Assembly (NCBI GenBank): GCA_964016885.1 | Contig: OZ024740.1 | Span: 401,078,001-401,142,000, forward strand | DNA: 64,000 bases | Direction: 5' to 3' | Origin: Eledone cirrhosa | Lineage: Eukaryota | Shown here: in pieces, positions 41,957-54,900 of the stretch | Layout of the letters: every line of letters starts with the position of its first letter | How positions within the stretch are numbered: position 1 is the stretch's first letter | The notes under the pieces: model-generated | Database searches by the model: none | What the model was told of the DNA's origin: nothing | What the model saw: only the letters and a program-made list of their open reading frames with translations | Program-made: the position numbers and the translations under genes

Positions 41957-43404
41957 GTTTTTATACAGAATTTGCTGAAAATTTCAATTCGAGAAAATTT
42001 GCGTACATTTTTCGGTACATAGCCACATATATATACACAGGTTTATGTATGTATGTATGTATGTATGTATGTATGTATGTATGTATGTATGTATGTATGT
42101 ATGTATGTATGTATGTATGTATGTATGTATGTATGTATGTATGTGTGTGTGCATGTGTGCATATATGCATGCATGTATGTAATATATATATATATGTGTG
42201 TGCCGGGTTCATATATATGTGTGTGTGTATGTGTGTGTGTGTGTGTGTACGTGTGTGTGTATCTATATGTGTACGTACACATGTATCTTTGTGCTTGTGA
42301 TACTTATATGAATAAACAAAATCTTCCCCTTAGTTATAGATACACACACACACACACACACAAACTCATATGTGTGTGTGTGTGTGTGTCTGTGTGTGCG
42401 TATGTCTGAAAGATGACAGGAACATGATACTTGGACTTTATGACTTCTTTATCTGTCACCTTAGAAACTATATATCTGCCTTCTTTATTTAAAGTGGTAG
42501 TATCAGTTGTATGAACTGACCATTGGTGGTGTAAGAAATAGCAATTTGTCATGTCTCACGCCAACATTAACTTTAATACTTTATTGTGACAACAGTATCA
42601 ATTTTCTCCCATTCAGTCTTTCTTTAATCGTATATTTTACTTGGAAACTCCCTCATAAAATTACCCTATTAGCGGCAAATTTAAACTCTAGGGTGTTGTA
42701 CCCAAACATTGCTAGTAACTTATTTTTTTACAACGTGTTGAAATGATGTGTTGAAATGATGTTCCGTTACGCATGGCTAACAAAAGCACATGCTCTGCTC
42801 TATCATAAAATCAGTCAAGTGTAGCGTGGAGATGTTACTTTAGTTTACTTTAGTGGCTAAAGTTTACTTTAGTGGTTAAAGTTTACTTTAGTGGTTAAAC
42901 CTCATTTCATTTTGTTAAAGAAAAATAGAAAAAAAGGTTTTTTTCGTCCTTAGGCTTCAGGTCAGAATGTATTTTTTAGGGGTATAGCATTAGTATTTTT
43001 GAATAAGCAAACTTTTGTTCATAAGGAGTGAAGGAAGTACATGTGAGAGGAGAATTCTATCGTTCTGGATTGACCTCTACTTGACGAAAGTCTGGGTCAA
43101 GAAAGTATGCTATATCACGAGTAAGTTGCCGATATTGGCTGTCATCATTCTTATTAATGACTTCTTCATAGGAAGTTGATCTCTACATTGCACTGTATAT
43201 CAAATAACACAAAATGGAGAACCTCTTCATAGTTGCTTATTCTATTAAAAATAGCCGTTAAATTCTCCTGAAATCTTACTCTACAATTCTGATTGGAGAA
43301 ATGTTTCATGGTCATGCCACGAACACTTGTCAACATAGTTCTGATCATCCAGTGTCGAACTGAAGGTAAATATCAACACTCACATTAAAAGATTTCATTG
43401 ACAT

Positions 43405-44765
43405 TTCTTCTTCTTCTTCTTCTTCTTCTTCTTCTTCTTCTTCTTCTTCTTCTTCTTCTTCTTCTTCTTCTTCTTCTTCTTCTTCTTCTTCTTCTTCGCC
43501 CACTCATTCCCGAGAGGGTCGTGGGGGCTTAGTCCTCAAACACTCCTTCCAACGGGTCCTGGCAGAAGCAACCGTCTTCAACTGCGCCAAGCGAGACCAG
43601 CCAAGTTCATGGATGTTATCCAACCATCTTGCTCGTGGTCTACCTCTGAGTCTCCTGCCGGTTGGTTTTACCCGTAAAATCTCTCCAGAGATTATTTCCT
43701 GAGACATTATAACGATCTGCCCATATTGGAGCTGTGATCTCACAATCCGGAGAAGTAGCGGTCCTACCTGGAGTAACTCTCTGATCTCCGAGCTACGCAC
43801 TCTATGGAGAAAGGTTGCTCCAAAGACCCTTCGGAGGAACCCCATTTCGGCCGCTTATATTCGCGATCTTATTCTTTCGGTCAATACCCAAGATTCATAA
43901 CCATAGGTAAGGGTTGACACGAATGCTGAAGTGAAGATAGCTGATTTGTAGTTCTATTTTCGATGTATTGAAATTTATATATAGGCTTTCATAATGGTAT
44001 AAATAATTTATGTTTCTTAACTTAATGTTTAAAGTTTCACAAATGTCTCTAATCTTTAAAAATAATAATAAAAGAAAGCCATTTAAAGTTTGAAAAGAGT
44101 GATGGAAGACAGGAGGCTAAATTAAGTGCAAGAATGGCAGGAGCTGATGCTGTAATGCGCCAACTTCAGCATTCAGTAATTAGAGGTTTACGCTCACCTC
44201 CCTTCTAATTACTGAATGCTGAAGTTGGCGCATTACAGCATCAGCTCCTGCCATTCTTGCACTTAATTTAGCCTCCTGCCTTCCATCACCCTTTTACACG
44301 ACCCCAAAGATACTTGATCTTCTCCACCCTCTTCAGTGGAACTCCATTTACATGTAGATTGCACTGCGCAGGCCTCCTTGAGAGGACGAACGTCTCAGTT
44401 TTCGCAACACTGATTTTCATTCCTGTCATGCAGCACTCGGCATCAAACCTATCGAGTGCAAGTCGGAGATCATCTTCTATCGAGTACAGTAACACCATGT
44501 CGTCTGCAAATTCTTGTCAACTGACTTTACACCCGCCTGTCATGATACCACTTCCAGCCTGGCTGCGCGTGTCAACCCTGTTCATGTAAATAATGAACAG
44601 GAGTGGTAACAATACATACCCTTGGTGGAGTCCGACTCCCACATTGAATGGTTTCGATTTAGCACCATTTTTCCGAACAAAAATACTTGGGTATTCGTAT
44701 AGAGACATGAAGTTTGCAAGAAGCTGACCATAAATGCCATACTCCTACAGAACCATCCACAGTAA
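43405..44765 (-). mobile_element. 5'-truncated RTE LINE with (GAA)n tail (43405-43497), internally rearranged
   Basis: GLHQGYVLLPLLF, FADDMVL, KYL, MGFLRRV...GRPRARWLD; same family as 17200-18830. Confidence 0.88.
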
Positions 44766-45599
44766 AATGTACTTTTGAATTTTGGAAGTCTTCATATTCG
44801 AAGTCGCAAACCGGACGTTTGCATTTTGTCTAATACCTTATTTTTCAATGATATAATTACTTTTAAATTCCTAAAGAATGTGTTCATAGGTTTGTATTAC
44901 ATTTCCAAGAAAATTTGCTTTAGCAGGAAATATATTTAAGAATTCTTAAAATCTCCCTTTCCCCTGTAGTTCTATTTTCAATGTATTGAAATTTATATGA
45001 CATAATTATATATATAGGCTTTCATAATGGTATAACTAATTTATGTTTCTTAACTTAATGTTTAAAATTTCACAAATGTCTCTAATATTTAAAAATAATA
45101 ATAAAAGAAAGCCATTTAAAGTTTGAAAATGCTATATGTTCATTTTATATTTTCATACATTAAAGATATACTGGTAGTAGACAAATTCCCAAAACGTCGT
45201 TTGTTAATTATACTTTGCTCCTGACAACGCTGCGGACCATTTTGAATTGTGTAGTGCCGACACGGATGTCGTCCGCATATGACGAGCGGATCCCTCAGAA
45301 TCCTACTTCCCACGACAGTGGTTCAGAATTAATTACATACAGGAAATATTCTCGGCAACCGACTCCCTGCTTATGCCTTCTATCTATAGATTGACCGTGC
45401 AGATCACAAATATTTTACTTGTGTAGCTTATATGTTGAAATAGTGGACGCATTATACTATTTCACTCCGTTGACAGAACAAACTTTTGTCTAGTTACATG
45501 CTCCTGGTGAACCAATACGGTTAATACATGCCAATATGATGCATTTGGGAAAACCGGTTTGTACCAGTCAAAGTTTTGGATTTAAGCAGATTTTGTAGG

Positions 45600-45930
45600 T
45601 TTTGGCAATCGTACCTCTTGTCGGCTAACCTCACACCTTCTCAGATTCTCATTCCCGTCTCCAAATCAGAGCTGTTTCCAGTAACACTTCTCAACACATA
45701 AACATATCCAATTGTTCTGTACCATTGTGTCATAGGCAGCTATTAATCTGAACGTACCGCCGTTGCTACTCTTCAAACTAAGCAACAAAGATAGATTCTT
45801 GAGGTGTAGGAAACTCACATTAGCTCGAGAATTAAGCCTTTCTGAAACAATGCTGCTACTACACCGCTTAATTTTGGTTGTCCATAAGATACATATGCCT
45901 CAGAGTGCGGAAATGACGGACGAAATATGA
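45600..45930 (-). mobile_element. Decayed APE endonuclease fragment (L1/Tx1-like)
   Basis: ..SGVVAALFQKGL..SSNGGTFRLIAAY.. resembles the GVAxLF/RLxxVYAP segments; heavily decayed. Confidence 0.4.
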
Positions 45931-47715
45931 TCTTATCTAATGAACTGAGGTTATTTAACAAATGATATTTTCTTCTAAAATATTCTATTTACAAAAGTGA
46001 ACTTGATGCTGGAGGATTATGCGTGTTTAGCTGTTGATATTGTTGGTGTTATTGCTCTTGTTGTTGTTATGTCACTTATTTTGGTATTAATATGTATTAA
46101 TACATTTTCTTTAGCTTACAGAGTAACGACCAGTTAAAGCGTTAGCTTTGGTTGCTTCAAGTCAAGATTAATAAGTTGAAATCATCTCTAAACATCCTCT
46201 ATATTGGAACTTTAACTGAGCCGTGCAAGTAAACAGTCATCTTGCTACATAAATCTATAAGCTATAATTACTACCAAGCGGGGAAGGACTCGAGCATGCA
46301 CTTCATGGCGTTTACGGAGAAAATTCTGAGCTATGAAACATAATATTTATTTCGGCATTATGGACACCTAAGTGGTTAGTGGCTCCATTAATTCTCGCTC
46401 TACTTGTAAACAACACACGCTTTCCCCACCCGCTGCCAAAATTCGTATTACAAAATATACCCAAAGAATGATCAATCATCAAATATTTACAAACCACCGT
46501 TTACAGTCGACCGAACAAGGGTACCTATACATGGTCATATTTTGTGCCAAAAATATCAGTTAATTATGCCTTAAATCGCACTCCATTGTCATAAACGTTG
46601 GAAATACACATGATAATATATTCTTAGATACACTATATATGATTAAATAATGGAATTGCTTGGCTAATAAGTGTTTTTTTACAGGTCTGTTCTCCCAAAG
46701 ACCATCTGACGCTGATTAACAACTGTTCCCAGTTTGGTTACCCAAACCATATTTAGTGGGACAACAGTAATTACATATGAGTATAATTCTGTATATTTAT
46801 ATATTCATAACCCATACTGCTTAGATGTCTAGTAATTAATTTGGAGTCGTTATTCTTGTCATCAAACTCATTGGGATCTTCCTGTGTCGAGAATTTGTTT
46901 TCATTGAAATTAACGCTATTTACTAAGATTGATATTTAAGATTACGTTTTATATAATAGAACGGTTAATATAAAGGCATGTGTATTGGCCTGCATACATA
47001 TTCAAGATCACTCGTTGTCTGTCTACCACCTTCTCATAATGCCTCTTTCTATCAGCTCCCTCATATAGAAGTCACGTCCTCCCTGGCACATTCATCCTTG
47101 GAGTGGACGGTTAGATGCATCATTAACCTCGAATAACCATCAATATTTAAGTTCCTTCAAATTACGCTTTACTTCATCATCTGAGTCACTTCAGACTCAT
47201 TATTTTCCTGCAATTCTCTCTACATAATTATCTTTGGCAGTTCATGGTCTATGTTTTTAAAGTGACCAACTCATCATAGTTAGTCATGTAACACCTCAGA
47301 ATAGATGGTATTCTGGTCCGATTATGAATTCTATTAAACGTAATATGGTTTAGTCAAAATATACGAATGATTGTTCGCAGCTTTGTTGGATAGAAATGTT
47401 CCAACCTTATTTTGTGTTATAGATAAAGCACGCAGGTTTAACACCTGTAAAAGAGAATTGTCAGACAAACTGATTTGTTATATAAAATCTTTGTAAGTCA
47501 TCAATTTCTCAAGCACAAGAAAATTCTTTTTTCGCAACTTCAGCCTGTTAAATTGCATTTTTTCAATTTCCAGGGAGATTCGTATTTTCTGACATTTTTA
47601 CATGCCTACATATTGGATATGTGTATATATTTATGCACATCGGTACAGTCCCGGTTACACTCTCTGCTTTAATACATATATAACTTTATCATACATCTTT
47701 GCTGATAGAGTACTT

Positions 47716-47804
<89 letters not shown>

Positions 47805-47820
47805 TAATATAACAGATTAA

Positions 47821-47871
47821 AGTTTAAGCAAAGAATCGCTGCTTTCACCCTTAAAGGGATCTTCTGAAACT
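47821..47871 (-). ncRNA. Hammerhead-like motif, CAGAAGA core (mirror copy)
   Basis: As 48226-48276, with loop II TTTAA. Confidence 0.65.
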
Positions 47872-48225
47872 AAGTTAGAATTTTAGTCTACAACTTCCGC
47901 TATACCATTTACGTGGTTTTGTCTTTGCGTGCTATTGTTCTCCACGCTCCACATATGACTTATTATCTTCGTTTTTTCGTTCATTGCCAGAGAACGTCTC
48001 TATGCACCCCTTAGAGAACATTAATCTACGACCTCTTTTATACCATAAACGTGGTTCTGTCTTTGCGCGTAATTGTTTTTCACCGCTCCTATTAATGACG
48101 TATTATTCGTTTTTTCCCGTTCTTTGCCAGCGAACGTCACCATGAACCAAAGTATCGTCTTCCTGTCTTCCTCCGGTTGCAACATTTTTATATATCCAGT
48201 TCTGCGTTTACAGATTGACTTTGTT

Positions 48226-48276
48226 AGTTTCAGAAGATCCCGTTAAGGGTGAAAGCAGCGATTCTTTGCTTAAACT
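48226..48276 (+). ncRNA. Hammerhead-like motif, CAGAAGA core
   Basis: AGTTT-CAGAAGA-T-CCC(gttaa)GGG-T-GAA-AGCA..TGCT-T-AAACT. Confidence 0.65.
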
Positions 48277-48382
48277 TTAATCTGTTATATTAATAAATAT
48301 TTGCTCTTCGGTTCTTATATATTTGATATATATTTTCCTTATCGAGCCCTCTTTGGATTTTAGTCTTCAATTTTATTATTAT

Positions 48383-48444
<62 letters not shown>

Positions 48445-48609
48445 ATATATGTATGTGTGTGTGTGTATATATGTATGTGTGTGTGTGTATATATGTATAT
48501 GTGTGTGTGTGTATATATGTATATGTGTGTGTGTGTGTATATATGTATATGTGTGTGTGTGTGTATATATGTATATGTGTGTGTGTATATATGTATATAT
48601 ATATGTGTG

Positions 48610-48641
<32 letters not shown>

Positions 48642-49284
48642 CGTGCGTGTGTGTGAGTGTGTGGTTGTGACTGTGTGTGTATATGTCTGTGTGTGTGCAG
48701 TAAGAAATAAAAATACCACGAAAGAAAATAGTCATAGAGAGTAGCTGCACACATAAAACAAAATTGAAGAGGAAGCAGAGGCGGTGGAAATTTTGGCAAG
48801 AGGAAAATGAGATTAGTTTGATTTTATAGAGTAAATATTTCTCTATCTGTACTATATTCAATATAATTAGACACATAAACCTACGTAATTAATGAAAGAG
48901 TCGTTTAGCTGTCAATAGCGACTGCAGGAAGATGTTTTAAGACTTCTCATCGGAAATGACATAAGTATATGTTTTTAACTTTATGTAGTTTCTGTTGGTA
49001 TTGCTGATAATACAGCTGTTGTTAACAGTAAACACATATATTAGGTGTCAGATTTCGTCTGAAATTTCCTCCCAAATATTTTATACAATAAACATTTAAA
49101 AGTACGTTGATAATAAAGGAAGGCATAATAATTAATAGATGTATATATGAATGTATGTATGTAAGTATGATTGTATGTATGTATATATGTATTTATGTAT
49201 GTATGTATGTATGTATGTATGTATGTATGTATGTATGTATGTATATATGTAATGTATGTATGTAGTATGTATATATGTATGTAG

Positions 49285-49694
49285 ATGAGAGATGACCCCT
49301 TAGCCTTTGTCAAAGTAGAATTCTAGGAGAAGGAAAACTCTGATATAACACCTGCAACCCTGATGGTATCCAATGATGTTCACTTGTTCTTCTTTTTGGT
49401 AAATATCATCTTGGTTAAGAGAGTGGGACTGGCTCTGTGCAGTGCCTTTGCTCACTATAAAAGCTTCACGGCACAGGCATTGCTTTATATCTGGAGATCT
49501 CTCTGCACTTGTCATCACATGGTACCATGGGCCCAGCACTATGTGTCAGTAATTGTCATAAGTGTAGTGTTTGTACCAGAGTTTTCAAGTCGCTGGCTGG
49601 ACTAAAAAGTCACACTCGTTCAGCGCATCGGTAGGGGTTCTCTTACATGGATATAAAGTAGTGGCCGTACTCGAAAACGAGTTGGCAGCCACCA
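49285..49694 (+). mobile_element. Non-autonomous RTE derivative (RTE 5' region plus 3' end)
   Basis: TTCTAGGAGAAGG, GATGATGTT-like, AGAGTGGGA.TGGCTC.GTGCA and GCACAGGCATTGC are shared with 52035-52240; ends GCAGCCACCA+(TGTA)n. Confidence 0.8.
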
Positions 49695-49727
49695 TGTATA
49701 TATGTATGTATATATGTATGTATGTAT

Positions 49728-50175
49728 GTCAGGTCACTCTCGAGTGCTAATGGTAACCCAGTACAACCTGTCTCATTGTTGGGTCGTCGGGGACTAAACC
49801 GGCAACCCCACCAAGCTTGCTTGGTGGGGAGGGTGATACTTGGACACCCTGTGTGATGAAATACAAGACCCAGCAAAAGGCGGAGGAACACAGTATTTTT
49901 CTTTTTTTACCTGGGAGTGAACGCCCCCAGGTGTAGTCACACCTTTCTAAGAGATGATGTTGACCAGTTCTCCTTTTCGGGTAGTGTTTGCGATGCTCAG
50001 AGAGTGGGATTGGTTGAGTGCAAGGCCTTTCCCCACTTAAAAATCCTCCAAAGCACATGCATTGCTTGTTCAGGGTCTGTTACAGGTTTGTGTGACTGGC
50101 CGTAGCCTAAAAGTACACCAAACTCTATAACCTCACAAGTGATTGCAGTATTCTTAGCAGAGTTTGCAGCCATCA
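49728..50175 (+). mobile_element. Second non-autonomous RTE derivative
   Basis: CTGGGAGTGAA, GATGATGTTGA and GCTCAGAGAGTGGGATTGG are shared with the RTE 5' region; ends GCAGCCATCA. Confidence 0.8.
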
Positions 50176-50190
50176 GGTATGTATGTATGT

Positions 50191-50640
50191 CCTTCTGGTT
50201 TTATAATTTCAAAGTTTTACCAATAGAGAGAGAGTTGGTTTCTAACATAGACACAAGACTCTCCCATTGGAATTTACACAACATCAACTAGGTAGATATG
50301 TATGTATGCATGTGTAGATATGGATGTTATTGTATGTGTGGATGTGTATATTTTGAGTTGTGTGTGTGCATGTGTATATGCTTTGTATCTGTACGTGTGA
50401 ATATGCAGTTATTAGATGCAACATTCTTGGAATGTTTTACATATTTTTACTGTTCCATTAATGGATTGTACTTGTAGTTTCCTAACTAGTTGTGTTCTTT
50501 CTGTTCCTATGAAGCCTAGCTTCTCAAGATTTGTATTGAGGCAGTTACTAACATATCCTAGTGCCCCAATAATCACAGGCATAAATCTGAAGGTGTAATC
50601 AGGGTGGAGTATCTGCAGATTTCTCATCAGTTCTGCATAA
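50191..50640 (-). mobile_element. Short 5'-truncated R4/Dong-like copy in (CATA)n
   Basis: Highly similar to 7905-8367; same 3' end; (TATG)n on both sides. Confidence 0.88.
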
Positions 50641-50671
<31 letters not shown>

Positions 50672-51522
50672 TGTATGTATGTATGTATGTATGTATGTAT
50701 GTATGTATGTATGTATGTATGTATGTATGTATGTATGTATGTATATACGAGGGAGCTTATAGATAGGACAACACGCGCTGTCTTTTCGTGGGGTAAGTTT
50801 TTAATTAATTTTTGTATTCTGAAACATCAAAATACAACAACTTTTTGGTCACTGGACTCGGGAATGTCACGACAGAAGTTTGTGGAAGTTACACAAATAT
50901 TTTAGTATATTTTAGCAGAGCAATCCTTATTTATATCTTACATTTTACATTTACTTACATCTCAATATAACATGGCTAAAATTCAAATTTTGCAAAGAGA
51001 AGAAAACAGTCAAATGAACTAGATACATCTCACTGTCCCCACCACCACAATAACGTCTACACTCTCTCCCCACCATCACATGTCATTACCATACCATACC
51101 CTATCTAGACTAAAGTCATCGACTTGTTGTCAAACTCTCTACTCTCTGTTGAATGTGTATATTTATATATATGTGTGTGTATGTATATGTGTGTATATAC
51201 ATCACTCAGTCAAACGACCAGATTTCAACCCCAACATCTACAACAACACCGGCACTAATGTTTACAGCAACAACAGCTTCAGAATGAACTGAAATGAACA
51301 TTTACAACAACAACAACAACAACAGCGGCATCAAAACATAAAAAAAAGGAAGGGAAAAGAAAAGAAAAGAAAAGGGAAGAAGAAAAAAAAAAAACTCAAA
51401 ATAACAAAACACACACACACACGCACACAACACAACAACAACATCAACTGCCACCACCGCCGCCACCGCCGCCGGCCGCCATCACCATCACCAGCGACCG
51501 GGCCTTAAGAAAACAACTTTAA

Positions 51523-51672
51523 TAATAATTTTTCTGCTTTTGGCACGGATCCAGCGACTGTCCCAGCGCATCACTGGTACTCTCTTTTGTTGACTCCGTG
51601 GGGATGAAGGGCAAGGTTGTTCTCGGCGGGATTTGAGCTCAGAGCGTGGGGAGCCATAACTCTATGCTGTAA
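51523..51672 (-). mobile_element. SINE family 1-related, diverged
   Basis: CTGGTACT..TTTT.TTGACTCCGT.GGGATGAAGGGCAAGGTT..CTCGGCGGGATTTGAGCTCAGA. Confidence 0.7.
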
Positions 51673-51777
51673 AGCAATTGTAATAATACTGGACTGTAAT
51701 ACGATCGGCTTCAACTATACAAACTCTTGAAAGTCAACAGTTGACATAATCTTGTAATCTTGTATCAGTAATGACGG

Positions 51778-51826
<49 letters not shown>

Positions 51827-51962
51827 CGTGTAAGTGAGTAGAGTAGCGTGTGTGTGTGTTTGTTTGTATTTATGTGTTGCTGTGTGCGCGCATATGTATG
51901 CGTGTGTGTGTATGTCGTACGTATAAGTGTCAATAAGTGAGTTTTTTTTTTTTTTTTTTTTT

Positions 51963-54900
51963 CGCGCGGGGACATAGAAATAATCGGGCTGGATGCCCGA
52001 TCGCGCAGTTAAACCACTGGGAGTGAAGAACCCCTAGCCCTTGTCAGGGCATTCTTCTAGGAGAAGGCATCTCAGGAAACTGGGTTAACTCCGATATAAA
52101 ACCTGCGGCTCAGTAGTTACCGATGATGTTGATCTTTTCTTCTTTTCGGGTTATAGCTACTGTCGCTCAGAGAGTGGGATTGGCTCAGTGCACAGTCTTT
52201 CCTCACTTTAAAAATATTCGTCACGCACAGGCATTGCACGAGTGCATTAATAATTATTAATAGTGTACTACTATTATAATTATTATTATTATTACTATTA
52301 TTATTACTTTTTTTTTTTTTTTTTTTAGAGCCAAATAGAGCCAAACAAGGCATTTAGTCTTGGCTGCTGGAACGTACGGACGTTGCTTGACAGGGATTCC
52401 TTGGAGCGTCCTGAACGAAGGACCGCTCTTGTTGCAAAGGAGCTTCGACGTTACGATCTTGACATCGTGGCTTTATCTGAGACGAGGTTAGCTGGAGATG
52501 GTCATCTTACGGAATTTTGTGGAGAATATACATTCTTCTGGAAAGGAAGAGATGAAGGAACCAGAAGAGAGGCTGGGGTAGGATTTGCTGTTAAGACTGT
52601 ACTTGTGAATAAATTAGAAGAATTCCCAGTAGGGATTAGTGAGCGTCTTATGTCCATGAGAGTTCCGCTGGACAAGGGAAGATATGCTACCCTGGTGAGT
52701 GTGTATGCTCCAACTATGAATTCTGTCGATGAAGAAAAACTGTCCTTTTACCATGCCTTGAAATGTGTTCTAAGAAATATCCCTCAGGCAGACAAAGTCA
52801 TCGTGCTTGGTGACTTTAATGCTAGAGTGGGTAGGGATTTTAACACATGGAATGTAATCGGAAGGCATGGGGTGGGAAAGTGTAACAGCAATGGTATGTT
52901 TCTGCTGCAGATGTGTGAGGAGCTGGATCTGTGTGTTACCAACACCATGTTCCAACAAAAGAACAAATTCAAGACCACATGGATGCATCCTGCATCTAAG
53001 GAATGGCATCTTTTGGACTACGTCCTAGTCAGGATGCGTGACAGACAGGATGTGCAGTGTGTTCGTGTTCTTCGTGGAGCTGAGTGCTGGACGGACCACC
53101 GCCTGGTACGCGCAAAAGTGAAACTAATCACCAAACGTAAAATCCGGGCTCCTGGTGTTACCCTGCCCAAAAGATTGAATGCTGCTCGTCATAAGGATAA
53201 AAATGTGAAGAGGACATTGGAAGAAGAGATGCAAGCTGCAGATCTTGGTGAGGATTGGCCGATCCTTAAAAAGTCGGTTTATGATGTAGGCAGGCGTGTT
53301 CTCGGATTGGTGCAGAGAAAACATCAGGACTGGTTTAATGAAAATGATGTACATATAGAAGACTTGTTGGCTGATAAGAGGCGTGCTCTGTCACGCTACT
53401 TGACGGCAAAACCACAGGAGAGGAATACGTTGCATGAGGAGTTCAGGGATATAAAATCCCGTGTTAGGCGGAGTCTTTCTCAGATGAAGGATCAGTGGTG
53501 GAATGAGAAGGCTGGTGAGATACAAACTGCGTCTGATTCCAATAACACAAAGCTGTTGTACAGTCTCTTGCGTGAGGTTTATGGACCGTCTTCTTCTCTG
53601 GTGACACCGCTTCGCAGCAAGGATGGCAAAGAACTTCTTCGTGACTCACAGGGAATTCTACGAAGGTGACGAGAGCACTTTGATGATCTTTTGAATCAGC
53701 CGTCTGTCGTCAGTGAAGATTTCCTCAATCTCATTCCAGAAAGTCCTGTGAAAGTAGCTCTCGCAGAACCTCCGACGCTTGTGGAGGTTGCAGTGGCTAT
53801 TTCGAAGCTGAAGAGTGGAAGATCTCCAGGTATGGATGGCATACATGCTGAGCTCCTACAATATGGTGGTGAGAGACTCCTGCAACATCTGCACTCTTTG
53901 TTTGGAAGGATATGGGCTAATGAATCCGTACCTGAGGACTGGAGAGATGCAGTAATGGTGGTCTTGTACAAGGGAAAGGGTAACAGGAATGATTGTGGGA
54001 ACTACAGAGGTATATCATTGCTTTCTGTCGTAGGGAAAGTTTTATGTAGGGTGCTTCTGGACCGTCTGCTGACACACATTACAGATTGTGTTCTTCCTGA
54101 AAGTCAATCTGGTTTTCGTGCTGGACGCGGCACTACTGATATGATCTTCTCAGCTAGACAGCTCCAGGAGAAGTGCATTGAACAAGGCTTGGATCTGTAT
54201 CAGGTTTTGTCGATCTGACAAAGGCTTTCGATACTGTCAACAGAGAGGCATTATGGAAGGTTCTCCAGAAACTTGGTTGCCCTGATAAGTTCCTTGCTTT
54301 AGTTAGGTCTTTCCATGACGACATGAAGGCTTGGGTTAATGTCGGAGGTAACATGTCGGAGCCTATCTCAGTCAAAAATGGAGTGAAACAGGGGGATATT
54401 CCAGCACCGACCCTGTTTGCCATATACTTTGCAATGGTTTTCTGTATTGCATTCAGGAATTGCGAGCATGGTGTTTACATCCGATATCGAACCTCAGGCA
54501 GCATATTTAACATCAGGCGCTTTGCTGCGAAGACAAAGGTGTTTACATCAATCATAAGAGACCTCTTGCATGCAGATGATTGCGATCTTGTAGCGCACAC
54601 AGAGAGTGATATGCAGCACATTTTGAATGCATTTTCTGACGCTTGCACTGCCCTGGGTTTGACTGTTAGTCTCAAGAAAACCGTCGTCATGTACCAACCT
54701 GCCCCTAGTAAGCAGTACACTGAACCAAACATCTATGTGTATGGCAAACGACTTGGAGTGGTTGATCAGTTTGTCTACCTGGGAAGCACTGTCAATCGAT
54801 ACGGCAACCTTGACAGTGAAATCTCACTTAGGATTAGGAAAGCAAGTGAGGCTTTCGGAAAGCTAGAAAGGCGACTCTGGGGTCGGCGAGACATATGCAG

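Larger units (their letters stand above)
47800..48387 (+). mobile_element. Family A fold-back element (arms 47800-47873 / 48224-48299) in (TA)n
   Basis: Inverted arms, internal diverged tandem duplication, TATATA at 48189, HHR. Confidence 0.9.

Noticed and set aside
42836-42899. 19-20 bp tandem repeat x3 (and ~32 bp repeats at 20640-20715)
   Set aside because: Ordinary slippage duplications with no further structure.
43060-43360. Possible hAT fragment (YFLDP-like) and RTE relics near 26380-26700 and 47080-47450
   Set aside because: Too decayed to assign with confidence by eye.
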